From positions 21,824,001 to 21,888,000 of the forward strand of contig OX597817.1 in assembly GCA_951406725.2 (NCBI GenBank): a stretch of 64,000 nt of DNA, written 5' to 3'. This document shows positions 26,998 through 42,001 of this stretch, piece by piece; position 1 is the stretch's first letter, and each line of letters opens with the position of its first letter. The notes below the pieces were generated by a model. That model was not told where the DNA came from. It ran no database searches and saw only the letters and a list, made by a program, of their open reading frames with translations. Both the position numbers and the translations under genes were made by a program. The DNA comes from Octopus vulgaris (Eukaryota).

Positions 26998-28721
26998 ATT
27001 TTACATCTCTTTTTATCATTCCAGTTTCAAATTATAATTCGTACTTCTTAAGTTTCCCGTGAAGAAATTATTTTATTTATAACCTCCACATTAGTTCTGT
27101 CTGAATAGATAAAAAAATTAATGCTAAAATACTATTTTCCTCTCTAAAAATAGAAGGATGATGTGTAAACTTTAGTCACCGATATACAAAAATGAGACAA
27201 TATTCACGTCTTATGTAAATGATTCGCTCCACCAAGATAGACTAAGATGAAATAACAAGGCGCAAACTTTGCTGTGTCGTGAAATTGCTTAGCGACTGTC
27301 TGAATTTGGGTCACTTCGGCTAATACCCTTCTACCATACCCTTAGATCTATAAACATTTGTGAATGAAATTTAGTAGACGGAATTTGCGGAAACTCATTC
27401 GTGTGACCTCCGACAGTTCCTGGTTTCAAGTGTAGTCTTAATAAATCAAGTGATTTTACACAAAAACGTGGCTTTGTGTCCAAACGTTGCGAAGCAATCA
27501 GACCAAGTCCAAATATTACCAAGCATTCAGACGAAACATTTTCCCTGACGATAACCCACCACTTTTTTCCACCCAGTCTCAGTGCTCTAGAAAAGCCGTA
27601 TAAGCGCCTACCTTTCTCTACAGACTAAATCATGCAAATCATAACAATACAAAACAATAGAATAAGACGGTTAAATCTTCTCCTACCCTTATTTTCTCGG
27701 TTCAATGTTTTCTCATCGAGAACAAATACTATCTATAATCCTGTATAGTCTCAACACATTTAAAGCGAAATAAGTCGTTTCATATTCTCTATTATCTCCC
27801 CTTCCTATACACCTACTCTGAACTACGAACTCACGCACACATACATACATACATTCATACATACATAATATATATTTGCACGCACAAGCAAACACACACA
27901 TACAGAAGCACAAAGAGACACACCCGTTCATAAAAATACTCCACTTTTTACTATCTTAATGTAATTCAGTGATAGTCCTGTTTTTGCACATATATTTCTG
28001 TTTATTTGTTGATATTTTCCTCCTCATCATTTTATTTGCCTTGTTATTCTTTTGTTGTTGTTTTTTTTTGTTGGATATTTTTTTTTGTTGTTTCTATCTC
28101 TTTATTTTGTGTTTGCTATTTGTGCGGGAACGTGTGAGAGACAGACAAGTGATTATATTGATTATCTTTAAATTGATTCAATTTGATTTATTAGATTCCA
28201 CTGACCCACCATCAACACCATAACCTCCCACACTCACACATACATAACCACAATACCTCGAACGTTAGCACCAATAAGAACACGAACAACATCAACAACG
28301 AATTTAGCAACAACCCCAACAACAACAACACACAGAACATCAACATAACAATTTATAGCTGTTCTCACAAATTAACCGTGAACCATATTGTATATTTGCT
28401 TTTACCGATTGCGCCTTTTCGTCTTCTTTCTCTTAGTTTACTAACTCCCCTTCTTCCTCCCTCTGCTCAACCTTAACCTCATTATAGTCATCAAAGGGTA
28501 GTGGATAGAAGACCCGGTAGAATGTCGGGATATATACTGTAATGCTGTTTTATTAATACTTATTTCGTTCCGAGTTCATATCATGCAGATGCCGACTTTG
28601 CTATTCATATTACGTCGGGAGAAATTTTACATAGCAATCGTGTACTAGAGACCTTCAAATCATCGCTGAAAATGCTGTGAGCTTGTGTCAAAGGAAGTAA
28701 TTATTATTATTAATATTATTT

Positions 28722-29700
28722 TCATTAGCATGGTCTTTCAATTCTGTTTCTATTTTTTTTTTTTTTTTTTGCCGAGTGTCATACGGACTCCTAGGGCAGA
28801 GAAACGTACGGTATACATTGGTAAGCCATTAAAACAAACACATCAAAATGATTATTTACAGGGTCATATGATTGAGAAAAATGGGAAGACAGAGAAAAAG
28901 GAAAAAATGGAAAAGTACACAAAGTAAAGTAGGAAAAAAGAAAGAAAATTCACAACCCCAATGCTCCTCTCAATACATGTGACATGCTAGTTAAGACAAG
29001 CTTTTGCAATTCCTGCATGGATGGTATGACAGGGAACATTCTAATTAAATTTTCAATTCTTTCTTGATCATTCCAAGTGCTCCTATAATCACTGGTATTG
29101 TCACAGTCCTAAGATCTCGCATCTTTTGCATTTCGATTAGCAAATATTTACATTTTCTGGCGCTTATCAGATTCTTTTGCCGAGATATTATGGTTACAAG
29201 GTATGCTCATGTGAATCAATAAACAGACTTTGTCTTTTACTACAATATCTGGTTTATTTGCCTTGATGGTCTGGTCTGTACATACTGGGAAGTCCCAACA
29301 AATAGTTACATTTTCTCCCTCAGTTATATTTGTCAGCAGTTTTGATTCTATAATGCCGACACATTATCCACTGTAGATATTGACCAACTCTGTCATATCT
29401 AGCGTTGCACTCTACAGGGGCCACTAAAACCTTAATCCAGAGATTAGTTAGCCGGTTGTTTCTATTCCATCGTTGCAGTATCGGCACTCTAGGTCTATAC
29501 CATTTTGCACAACATTCGCTTGATAGTTCCGGATCAATAAGCTCTGATCTTGGGGAGCCAAGATAAAGCCTTCAATCGCTGCCTTTAGCCCTGAGTTCCA
29601 TGCGAGTAATGGGTGTGCTTCTGGTCTATACCAGTTCGTTTGCTACAGGCTACATGTTACCATGCAGAAGATTTTGTATTTCCACCAAACTATTGAAGAG
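28722..29700 (-). mobile_element. 5'-truncated R4/Dong-clade non-LTR retrotransposon (CCHC + restriction-like endonuclease + 3' UTR)
   Basis: Minus readings: NSGLKAAIEGFILAPQDQSL; CRYCNDGIET (zinc knuckle); RYDRVGQYLQW; WDFPVCTDQTIKANKPDIVV; VTIPVIIGALGMI; QELQKLVL..HVLRGAL. Confidence 0.88.
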
Positions 29701-29739
29701 CATTTTGATTTTACATTCTTTGCAACTTTGCAACTACAG

Positions 29740-29867
<128 letters not shown>

Positions 29868-29939
29868 CCTGGATTTGTTGGCCTTGTGTCAAACGTTGAA
29901 GTCATTGTTAATATTATCAATCTCAACATCATTAACATT

Positions 29940-30130
29940 GCAGCGATGGATTCGTTGGAATTTTTAGAATAGAAAACGAAAAATGTTACAGTATCAGTTC
30001 CAGATCTTTACGTTCTGATTTCAAATCGAGCTGAGGTCAATTTTACCTTCCATCCCTCTTGAGTCAGTCAAGTAAAATAGTCTAAGACTTTTCTCTAAAT
30101 TTCTAATTGTGTGCCTGAGCTAGAAATAAT
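29940..30130 (+). mobile_element. Degraded Meta-type SINE
   Basis: tacgttctgatttcaaatcgagctgaggtcaattttaccttccatccc matches the B-box/Meta region of the 1105 family. Confidence 0.55.
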
Positions 30131-30312
30131 TCTCACCATTAACTTTAACACAGTCAGTAATGTTATCATTGCTAAAAGTTATTCTTTCTTAGAACGCCAC
30201 ACATCTTAGAGTAAAACTTGACCGTGTTAAACAGCGTAATAATAAAATAATAAAATATTTTAGCACATTTCAATGTAAAGCCAACATACACACACACACA
30301 CACACACACACA

Positions 30313-30429
<117 letters not shown>

Positions 30430-30869
30430 GAAATCTACCAAATATTCACGCTATTCTTCCAGAATCGATAACATAAGCAAAGTTGATATATCTGTTATTC
30501 TAACTTAGAAAATGTTACTTTTAATACAAGGAAAATATACAGGCTAAAGTATTTTCATATACAATTATGTACTCTTACAAAGAACAGTTAAACACATATA
30601 TTTATATACGGCAATTAGCGATCATATACTTATGCAATTATTTACAGTAATTAGATATCTACTTTTTGATAGTATATGGAGCGCTGCAGTTAATTTGTAG
30701 TTATGCACTGCACCAAGTGTCGTTTACACTTTTCTAAAGCGTCATCATTATATACAGTAAGTTCTTTTTCTTTGTTTTCATAGTTCACGTTCTCATTATC
30801 TACATTTTCCAGATCTTGAATAAGATATCCATTGCCTATGGTGATATATTTTCGTCTGTCAGTTCTAAT

Positions 30870-31036
30870 TATTATTATGGAAGAAACGTCAACACGCCGG
30901 ACAAAAAATGTTTCGCGGCATTTCTTCCGGTTTTACGTTCTAAGTTGAAATGACATCCATCCTTTCGCAGTCGATAAAATAAGAACTAGTTAAACACTGA
31001 AGTCGATGTAATCGAATTACCCACTCCCTGAAATTG
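30870..31036 (+). mobile_element. Degraded Meta-type SINE
   Basis: gaaacgtcaacacgccggacaaaa...tacgttctaagttgaaa...catcctttcgcagtcgataaaataag. Confidence 0.65.
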
Positions 31037-31295
31037 TGTTGTCTATTTTGTATTCTATGTAGTTTGTTCTTAGTTCTTGCTCTTGGGCAGTACAGATTAG
31101 AGCCCCCGTTTCCGGTTTTAAATCACTTTTAGTCATCCACAGTCATCTTTTTGCTCTGTCTGCATTAGCTTCAACATCCCTATTTCTTTACCCAAATATT
31201 TTCAGTTTCAATCGTTTTCAATTTCTTATATAGTGCTTACACAAGCCTCACCTTCCTACTTCAAATATTAGCGGTTCTGTGGCATTTTTACATAC
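31037..31295 (-). mobile_element. R4/Dong-clade LINE fragment
   Basis: Minus reading LWMTKSDLKPETGALICTAQEQELRTNYIEYKIDN matches the LK.ETE..I.AAQ.Q.LRT motif also seen at ~29560. Confidence 0.8.
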
Positions 31296-31301
31296 CATGG
31301 T

Positions 31302-31635
<334 letters not shown>

Positions 31636-32551
31636 GCTAGTATTGTTCCTTTTCGTTGATGTTTTTTACTATTTAAATCGTTATATCTGAACTTCAATTA
31701 CACTGTCGTCAGCTCTCTAACATTCCTCAAATGTATGCAGTATTGTTGTTTAGTAGTATAGGATTGTGCTTGCAAATGAAATATTTTGCTTTTCTTTGGG
31801 ATTTTTTTTTTTTTTTTTCGTTCTTGATTTACTTTAGCGAATCGTTTTAGTAAGTGATAAAGCTTGAGGACTTGACGTGCTTTTTTAGTCTTTCGACTTC
31901 TTTCCATGCAATGGTTTAGTTAGAAGCCTTCTAGATGTCTACTAAAGAATATAGATTCTCATCTCAGTCTCTACAAGCATGCTCCAGATTACTGTAGTCA
32001 AGTTGTGCCATTTATTCGATTTAGGCTTTTTCACTAATATTCTTCTTCTCTAGTATAATTTGGAATTTAGTTTTCATTTGTCTTTAATTTTCATTTAAAT
32101 TATTTTTCTGATGTTTTGCCGCTATCTTTTATCAGCTTTCTTTTAAATTAGTCTGAGACTGTGGTCTTTTTTTTTTTTTTAAATTTTCTCCTTTATTTGT
32201 ATGTATTGTGTCTTATCAGTTTCACCTTCTAAGTTTCTGTCTGAACGGTTCTCTTCTAATTCTTTTATTTCAGTGACTGGTTCTAATTTAATGTTCTGAG
32301 TTTTAATTAATTTACTTCTCCCCTGAGTAACTTTGTCTCCCACATGTAGCTCAAGAGTCATTATCATAACGTGGTTCAGGAAAAAAAAATATCGTAGGTT
32401 TTCCATTTGGGGCTGCCCGTGAACATATACTTAAGATCCCCATAGAGATTATTGTAAATACAGTCATAATCACTACAGTTATGTTAACCGTGTTATTTTT
32501 GTGCTGTTTAATAATATATATTTTCTTCTCTTTATAAGTCTGTTTAACAGT

Positions 32552-33408
32552 TATAGGTTAGTAAGCAAAGCTTATTGGGTTAGTTGAAAGTGGAGGTGAA
32601 AATGAAAGAGAGAAGAGTGTTAGCGATGGAAGCTAAAAGAAAGGGGTTGCATTTGATATGTCACTAAATTGTTACTTGAAGGAAGGATTAGAGAAAACAT
32701 AAAGAAATGGAACGTGTTTAGCGCAAGGTGGTTTGGTACAGTAGAGAGAAGAGGTGAAAGGAGACAATGTGTGTGTGTTTACTGAAGGGAACGCGGCGTC
32801 GTCAATCTACGTACCAATCTATATGGATAGATACATCGACAAATAGATGAGAGAAACATGGATCGCCATATATAACGATTGATAGACTGAGTCAGTGCAA
32901 AATCACATTGGTAGAGATGAGTGGTTATATCATCAAATGTACGGATACAGAAAAAGGAGAATCTAAAAATAGGCTTCTGTGTAAGAATGTTTCGGGACAT
33001 CCATACTCCATAATTATCCAAGTCTTTCATTTAACAGCTGTCTTTAAATTATTCCTCAACACGTCTGAAGGTATAGTTGCTCATCTTTGGCCACGGTGCT
33101 CAGAAATGTGGGCCTTAATCAGCCTGTTATTCAATATTTTTGTTCACCAACCAGGTGTGCGTGTATATAAATAAATATGAATGCGTGAGTTTGATTGTGT
33201 GTATAAATACATATGCATGCATGTAAACACCTATGTGTATACGAGGATGAAGTTGCGTATACATATACATATTTTCTCTCTAACCATTACTTCAAGTAAT
33301 ATATAACAAATAACCCTTTCTTTAAGCTCCCACCGCTAACACTCTTCCCTCTTCCTCTCTTCACCTCTACCTTCAACTAACCCCATAAGCTTAGCTTATT
33401 AACCTATA
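32552..33408. mobile_element. ~115-bp inverted repeats enclosing a probable Penelope-like RT remnant
   Basis: 32552-~32665 is the reverse complement of ~33295-33408. Internal minus readings RTFDDI and LFVDVSIHI resemble the PLE RT motifs RYxDDI and FLDV.I. Confidence 0.55.
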
Positions 33409-33419
33409 TATATATATAC

Positions 33420-33494
<75 letters not shown>

Positions 33495-36339
33495 CATATA
33501 TGTATATAATTCGACAGAATGAGTTATTTTCTTCTGTTAACGTGGTTTGAAGAATCCATCTACTGGTGAATATTACTTAGAATTTCAGATGCGTTAATGG
33601 AAATCGAATCGTTAAGCACATACATTTTTCCAAGTGCATTATTGATCTAAAAGAATATTCTACGAACATTACGGATACCAAGCGCGATCTAGAACTCAGG
33701 ACATCAAGGAGGAAACTTTAATGAATTCGGTACGACGTTATAAAGCTTCCGCCTCCTCACCATACTATTATACTCCATATATTGACCTTAGATATAAATA
33801 CATTCATTTGTATATGCAGCAGCGTCGGAGTAATCGAGTGGTTTGGTTGTTAAAGTAGAAAGAGTGAGATTTAGAAATCGCATTTTATGTATTAAAGATA
33901 AAATAGAAAATGTAATGTACGTTATTAATTTTTAAGTACTTTGAAACTTTTATTCTCCCATCAGACAATGATTCGCAACGTTCAATGGGCTTGGAAGAGC
34001 GCAAAATCAAATAACCACCGGCTCGTATGGCTTTCGTAGTATTTATATATCATAACGGAAACTTCTCGACAGCGCCTTTTTTCTTAATGTCATCAGCAAG
34101 TGTTCTTTTTGTGCTGTTGTTCTGTGTATTCAGAACATATGGTGTAAACAGAGTAAAGAATCTCGCTAGTAGGTCTGTGAGACTGAAAATCGATATTGGC
34201 AGTGTGAAATATTGACTCAGGGATTAATCATTATAACTCAGTGGAAAATATGCTGTGAGGTTTTTGTTTGCCTTCTGTGAGCTGGAAATTCTACCAAAGA
34301 ATCAAAAGTCTGTGATTAGGAATATACTTGCAGATATAAATGCTATACACCAATCACAAAGCACTTCTTTCTACATTCATTCATACTGAGAGCTGCTACG
34401 ATACCTGTCAAATACAGAAGAATGTATCTTTAGTATTGGAGTTGAAAGAAAATATTTCGATATAACTTCAGGCCGGACCACGAATGGTGGGATTATGCAT
34501 AAAAGGAGACAGCTTCTTACGAATCTCTCGGCAGTTATACCCTTCTCGTCCCTTTCTCCACTTGACGGATAGCCTTTCATTTGAAAATCTAATTTTATGT
34601 GAAATTCTACTGGAATAAATCAAGAAGTAATGGATCAATTGTTCAGATGTTATTTCACATTGAATTAGTTGTTTGGTAATGCTGGTGATACACGTCATTC
34701 GATTTTGTACTCAGGCAAGATGTTTCTAAATATTCGTCTTTAAAAAAACATTAGAAAATGTAATATTACTTTCTGTACTATTATAGAATATTCAACATTT
34801 AAGACTAAAAGGTATCCAATAACAACTGTGCGAATGGCGGCAGTTTCAAAATATTTTGTTCTCGGAGTATTTGAAATTGCCTGAGTGTATATTGTTCATA
34901 AGAGGCTATAATACTAGACTGGGCATATTCGAGGTTCTAAAGATTTTGTCGAGGACGTAATACGACCCAACTGTTAGATTTTCAATTATCTTTTCATGAT
35001 CTGAAATATTCTTGGAATAGAATATTACACAGGAGATTGCAGAACAAGCAGTGTGTTCGTAAAGGAGTCTAATGCGTTTCAGGTTAAACCTTGTAGGGCG
35101 AAAATTTTGAATTTCACATGGTTAATAATGACTTGTTATACACTACACTGTTCTTGATTTGCTCAAAATAAGCCCGATTCTATATAATTGTTCATCCGCT
35201 ACTGAAGAAAGAAAGTTGTTTGTTTCACTGGATTTTATCATTTTGACTCAGAGATCAAAAGTATGTTGTTTAATTGAGCAAAGTGTTTGCTTACTCTACT
35301 CGACGCAGTAACTAATATTTTCCTTTAAATCGTGAACTACCAAAGTAAAGTAAATGGATCTTTTGTACATTGAGGTCTTGGACATACTGTTCTTAAAAAA
35401 AATACGATCGCAATGGTCACGGCTAGAATGTATTAGATAACAAAGACATTGGATGAGAAATTATGCTATGACTCAACAGCAATTAAAGTTATTTCTCGAT
35501 ATATGATGAATGAAAGTTAAGAGGAATTTCCAAAATGTTAGACCTGGAGAACACATCATAAAGTGATCTACTCTAAGAGAGGCATATATAATTTTAATTT
35601 CAACAAAACCCTAGTCATCTACACTGTACAAAAGTTTCTTATTTAATCAAGAAATATAGACACCAAATTAAGGAATGGAAAGGTCTGATATATAACAGCA
35701 CTTATGCAGCATATGCAACAATAAGTCATAAAACAGCACGATAATCACTGATGTAATTCCAATAAATACCTGGGTGGTTATTACACCCTTGCTATATGTC
35801 CTCAAACAAGATAATCAGCACTTTGATCCAACAAACGGTTTAAGAATTCAACTGAGGTGAAGCGCACAGCAATACATACTTCAAAAGAGTAACGATAGGC
35901 AATGTGCGTAGATCTAAATATATTGATAATGTATGTAGAACGGTTTAGGTATTTAGTATATAAACCGCGATCCCTTCCCTGCAATCCTGGATCTCCTCGA
36001 TTCTAGGTAGCTGGAACTTAAAACATGTATGATATATAATGCTGTATGAGGACATAATGAATTGAAACCTTTAGGGGCATTGCGCATGTCACAGACATCA
36101 GAGTGAAATATTTAATAACAACTAGATATTTCGATGTTAGAGATGTTCACAAATTTTAATTAAATTTCCATTAACAATAACAGAACACGTTTGGTCTTCG
36201 GTTTAACCATTGACACAGGCGGGTATAAGAGCTGTTGATCTTGGCACTCAAACTATTCTGATAAATTTATTGCGGCTTCTATTACTCAATTGTCAGACAG
36301 CAAGCAAATTACCCGGTGCTGTTTCACATCATCAAAGAC

Positions 36340-36405
<66 letters not shown>

Positions 36406-36500
36406 CACCATTATTATTATTGTATCACTATTTACACACAGAAAGTTCACCATGTAGACATACACACATATACACATACATACATGTACGCACACACATT

Positions 36501-36572
<72 letters not shown>
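36340..36572. repeat. (TTA)n plus (CA)/(TA)n microsatellites
   Basis: Directly visible. Confidence 0.95.
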
Positions 36573-36685
36573 AATTGAGGTAATCAGATCAGATGGTTCA
36601 TATTTGTAGATATTTATTTATATATTACATTTTTTACATATATATCATATCATTCGGATCATATATATATGTATGTATGTATATA

Positions 36686-37355
36686 CACAGTATGTTAAAA
36701 AATTTGGTATATTTTATAAATCTTCTTTAAACACCCCCAAAATACTCCCTTTGAGTGTACACACACTTCTCCCAGCAGTTTCTCCGTGATGGTAATATCT
36801 TTGTAACGCCTTCTCTGGAAAGTTATGGAGCGTCAGCGTCGCTTTTCCCACAGTTTCCTCTCGCGATTCAAATGGCTTCCATTTTAGCTTGGTTTTCCAT
36901 TTGGAGAAAGCCAGATGTCACACGTTGCGAAATGAATACAGTAGAATGCCCGCCGAAAAAGTGGTGTGTTACACTTAACGGTGAAATTTGTATTTCGGGG
37001 TGCGATCAGAATGTATCTAAATTGAATTTTTCGGCGACACCCTCCGCATGCACAAATCTCCCCTTTATAATTAAATTCTGTGCTTATTCCCACATTCCTA
37101 GATTGTTACACGACGTTCTTCCATGAATATTTGTGGAAACTTCTCCAAGAGCTCTTCGTTACAACAACTTCCGGATGACCTTCCTGAACGTGCCTCCCTC
37201 TCCACTGAGATGCAGCCATGTTTGGAGTAGTGGTTCCACCTCTTGATCTGAATTTTACCAATGTTTTCTTCGCCAAAGAATGTTGTTCAAGTATATACGT
37301 TCCAAGTCTTATGATGTTATCAGCCTCATGTATGCAAACCTGGTCGTGTATTTAT
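36686..37355 (-). mobile_element. Internally deleted mariner transposon relic
   Basis: Minus readings: FGEENIGKIQIKRWNHYSKHGCISVEREARSGRS..NEELLEK (N-terminal HTH with GRP-like motif), YCIHFATCDIWLSP (YSPDLAPCDFWLFP-like) and CVHSKGV (C-terminus). TA-flanked TIR-like end at ~36686. Confidence 0.82.
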
Positions 37356-37357
37356 GA

Positions 37358-37359
<2 letters not shown>

Positions 37360-37390
<31 letters not shown>

Positions 37391-37506
37391 TGTATGTATG
37401 TATGTATGTATGTATGTATGTATGTATGCATGTATGTATGTATGTATGTATGTATGTATGTATGTATGTATGTATGTATGCATGTATGTATGTGTGTATG
37501 TATGTA
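37360..37506. repeat. (TATG)n microsatellite
   Basis: Directly visible. Confidence 0.97.
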
Positions 37507-38710
37507 GACATATGTGGATACCTGGTGGTTATAACTTGATTTCTGTTCCTACCTGAAGGGACGTATAATCACTTTGATTTTCTACGTTATGAATTTTAAA
37601 CGTTATAACATATCGCACACCCATACATCCCTTATACATTGTCTTATCTGAATAAGCGTTATCTTTATAACGATGACAACGTGATAGGCAAAACGCTTAG
37701 TAAAATAATTTGACATTATCTCATTTTTGGTAGATTATATGTTTCGATCACCTAGACAAACAAAAATAAGAGACACGAATTATAACTGTTAATCAGGTGA
37801 GATTTAAACTCAGAGGATCGGAAATCGATTTCAAATTCTGTTAATAAATATATTTTTCTCAGATAATCGCTGTCATATCTTATGCATTTACTTTGCTATA
37901 CTTCATTCAATATTGTCAAGAAAGACGATACGTTCATTATGATGCCAATCCTGATTTGGAAGCATCCTTGTTGATATTAGTTCTAATTTGTTCAACGTTG
38001 AATTTCGGTACGCAATAAAAATATACTGGTGAAGGTATGAGGCACTTCCCATATCGTACTGCTTTAGCTGACTGCTTGCTCTATTTTTCCAACTTAAAGT
38101 TTGCTTTAAATAACGATTTTACATCAACCGATGTGTTTGATTTTCTCTCTTGCCATATCATTTCGTTAGAACTTCAGATATATAATAACGACCGTTGCTT
38201 ATATGGAGAAATCATGAAACAGTTAACCTGTTTCTGAATTGTAAAAAGAGTGCATAACTCTATACTTTGCTGTATTTCAATGCTGATCTAAAATATAGGT
38301 CCACCACCATAACGCTCGAATATTGATGATGACTAGAATAATAATTTATCAATATTAATTAAATTGTAATAACGTTTTTTAAATATCATCACAGTTTGAG
38401 GCTACATTTGGAATCCCTACCCGGTCACTAGGTTTGTAAGAAATAGCAGCCACATGCCTCACGAATACGTCTCAAATAATCGGTATATTGAACAGTGTAT
38501 ACTGAGAGTAAATAAACTAGTGAAAAAAATAGTTGAAACATTTCATAATAAGAAAGCTGAGGTGGGTCAGATCTGGCCTATGGTTGAACAACAACAATAA
38601 TAAATACCTACCCATATATTTTCGGTAGACGCACATAAGATAAATATTTTTCCAGAAATGTCTGCAGCCTATGTAATTAACATATCCCCCCACCAAAACA
38701 AATTATGCGG

Positions 38711-38712
<2 letters not shown>

Positions 38713-38803
<91 letters not shown>

Positions 38804-38882
38804 TGTATGTATGTTTGTATGTATGTATGTGTGTGTCTGTATATATGTTTATATTTATATTTATATATGTGTGTATATACAC

Positions 38883-38939
<57 letters not shown>

Positions 38940-38968
38940 GTGTGTATATATATATATATATACATACA

Positions 38969-39030
<62 letters not shown>
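38713..39030. repeat. (TA)n/(TATG)n microsatellite
   Basis: Directly visible. Confidence 0.95.
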
Positions 39031-39033
<3 letters not shown>

Positions 39034-39634
39034 GACAAAAAAATTAAGATAAATAAACATTACCATAGATTTGCAATTGGAAGAGACTATACTAACAGTA
39101 AAAACAATTAATTTATGCGAAACCATATTCATTTTGACAAAGTTTCATTAGTAAGGGAAATAAGATTGGAGATTTCTTCACCCAAGTTGAAGATGATTTA
39201 TTGATCACTCTGTTTGATGATCTAATTTATTCATTGTGTTCTCAAGTTCAGAATATAATCGAAATTCACTATCACGTTTTATACCGTGATCATAGATTTT
39301 ATTCTGAACTAATTCTTTTTATATGTATATTCCAACAGTATTTTTGCAGTTCGTAATTTTACACAGAATTTCATTTAATATATTTTCCTACATCCAATGA
39401 TAAACAATATTTCTTTATCACATATTATGAGAGATTTGGGGGAAAAAATACGTGTATGGATATGCGCGAGCGACTGTAACAATTTGAATGTATATGAATA
39501 AGTGTCGCTGAATTATTCTGACTACCACTGAACACTTCTTGCCGTACAGATATATTTATAAATCTATTTGCATATCAACACACTTATATGCACAGCTAAA
39601 TAAATGTATGTGCGTATGAGTGTGTGCATGTGTA

Positions 39635-39684
<50 letters not shown>

Positions 39685-39686
39685 CA

Positions 39687-40002
39687 GCACTCCGACGGTT
39701 AAGACTGTTCCACTCGATCCGATCAATAGAAGAGCCTGCTCGTGAAATTAACGTGTAAGCGTCTGAGCAATCCACAGCAGACACTCCATTATCATAGTTT
39801 GTAGGGAGATTCAGCGTGATATACAATGCGACTTGAGTGGCCCTTTGAATTACAATTGCAAATCATTTGTTGCCAGCTGAGTAAACTGGAGCCACGTGAT
39901 ATGAAGTCTATTGCTCAAGGAGACAACGCGCCCACGTCTAATCGAAATCCCTTCCCTACAATCATGAAACGAAAGTCCCTAACCACTGACCAATGTGCCT
40001 TC
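39687..40002 (-). mobile_element. Older tRNA-derived SINE (body B + tail X)
   Basis: 39687-39852 aligns with the tail of 4255-4644 (GCCTGCTCGTGAAATTAACGTGTAAG, ATTCAGCGTGA, GGCCCTTTGAA). 39860-39930 aligns with the CORE-like body of 50540 (TTGCCAGCTGAGT..ACTGGAGC.ACGTGA). Confidence 0.8.
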
Positions 40003-40269
40003 ACATATGTATATATGTATGTATTTTGACTCGGGAGAAATTTCCATAATAATAACTTAATAGACTTGTATAATTTATACTATAAGTACCTTGTCAGATA
40101 CTCCGCCAGCTGTTTATGGCTGGCCAAGATCATCCTGCCCAGGGTGCGGCGTGATACCAACGTCGGTACTAATTTATAGGAAATACTGCATTTACGCGGA
40201 GGCCCACATGTGAGGGTTTAGAGACAGTTGGTGTTTAGAATGTTCCTGTTAGGCATGTCCAAGTTATAC

Positions 40270-41140
40270 GAACACACATTCTCACAAGTTATGCTGATGA
40301 TACAGATATATCATTTATTAGGCAAGTAAGGACGTGGATGAAGCAAGAAACATACAGCAGCAGCTTAATGTCAAATACAATGAGACTGAAGATAGTAACA
40401 TTCAATTAAAAGCGTGGATAGTTCATATTTTTGGCCACCAGTACACTATAACAACGATATACAGGTCTAGGAGAAAAGAGGGATAAAAGTCCCAGAGTCA
40501 CAGTCAGTTTGTAATTATGAGCAATCCCATCTACTTCCATGTACAATGATGTGAAATTTACTAACTGTACGTCCTGAATTGAACGGGCAGGAAATCCATG
40601 TTGCTTTTGTTGGGAATGATTTTTCTCAACTATCAGGATTTTTGTGATAAATTGTGATTATAAAACTTTAGGAAACAAGAAATCGATCTAACAAGCTAGC
40701 GATGCTTTACAGAGAAAATCTCAACATTAAAGCAGCTAGCATTTAGGGAGAGGTTGAAAGTGCTAAAATTTGCCTATGTGTACATACGTCGGGGATTTTG
40801 CAGTTAATAGTAAAGAAAATATGCTTCAAGGGTCACCAGTATATTTCCGTCTTAAGAATAATAGGTTACACGAACTGGTCACACCTACAGGGCCACGCGA
40901 GTCCTACCATTCACCTGCAATTTGGTAACCACATGCTGCACAAGTACTGGGTTCGTAAGCACATACAATTTTAGATTTCGACAAAAGAATGCAGAAACAT
41001 AATTTGTGGGACATAAAAGTATTCAGAACACAAGAGAACTCTAACATTCGTGGTATCCGACGAACCAGTACACGAGCAACGAATGCAAGTGATAACAGCG
41101 GCATGAAATTCCAGCATTCGCAAGAAAATGCCTACTGTAG
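40270..41140 (+). mobile_element. Decayed CR1-clade LINE 3' portion
   Basis: Collinear remnants SYADDTDI (~40287), FRERLKVLK (~40742) and [19 protein letters not shown] (~41050), the last resembling a PDEP..AASNS C-terminus. Confidence 0.65.
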
Positions 41141-41216
41141 AAATGGTGCACATTGTGTAGGCGGTGCAACAGCATGGGCTTTCAATTCCAGGCTTGAACG
41201 AAAAGTTATACATACA

Positions 41217-41217
41217 G

Positions 41218-41314
<97 letters not shown>

Positions 41315-41345
41315 GTATATATATGTTTAATTGCATGTGTGAATA

Positions 41346-41377
<32 letters not shown>

Positions 41378-41496
41378 CACATATATACATATACATATAT
41401 ATATATATATATATATGTACGTATACATATATATATATACATATATATACATGTATATATACACATATATATACATGTATATATACATATATATAT

Positions 41497-41531
<35 letters not shown>

Positions 41532-41555
41532 CATGTATGTATGTATCTATTTATG
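41217..41555. repeat. (TA)/(CA) microsatellite
   Basis: Directly visible. Confidence 0.95.
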
Positions 41556-41734
41556 TATAAAAATGAATAAATACTCGAATAGATACTCGTAAAGACATAT
41601 TTACTACTATTATTACTGACAAGTCTGAATAATTAATAACAACATTAAAATTAGTTAAATAATATGTTAAATAAAATGAGACGTCAAAGTTAAGGCTGAG
41701 TGGATTTTCAGGACATTTATAAAGAGAAAGGTTT

Positions 41735-41779
41735 TCTTATAGCTATTCTGGGATATTAGGGATATCTCTTCTTCAGAGA
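41735..41779 (-). ncRNA. Minimal hammerhead motif, mirror copy (degenerate)
   Basis: Minus strand: TCT-CTGAAGA-A-GAGATA(TCCCTAA)TATCCC-A-GAATAGCTATA-AGA. Confidence 0.5.
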
Positions 41780-41955
41780 GGATATGAGATGGTTAAATAG
41801 AGGGAAATAGTAGATTTCAATATAATGAATTATTTGAAAAATATAACTCCTTATATCTATAATCTACTATATATTATAAATATAAAAAGATATTTTCCAA
41901 AATAATTCCTTATATTGAACTCTACTATTTCCCTCTATTTAAACATATCACATAG

Positions 41956-42001
41956 TCTCTGATGAAGGGATATACCTAGTATCCCAGAAACAGATGTGAG
42001 A
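41956..42001 (+). ncRNA. Minimal type I hammerhead ribozyme motif (degenerate)
   Basis: TCT-CTGATGA-A-GGGATA(TACCTAG)TATCCC-A-GAAACAGATGTG-AGA. The cleavage triplet has decayed to GUG in this copy. Confidence 0.6.
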
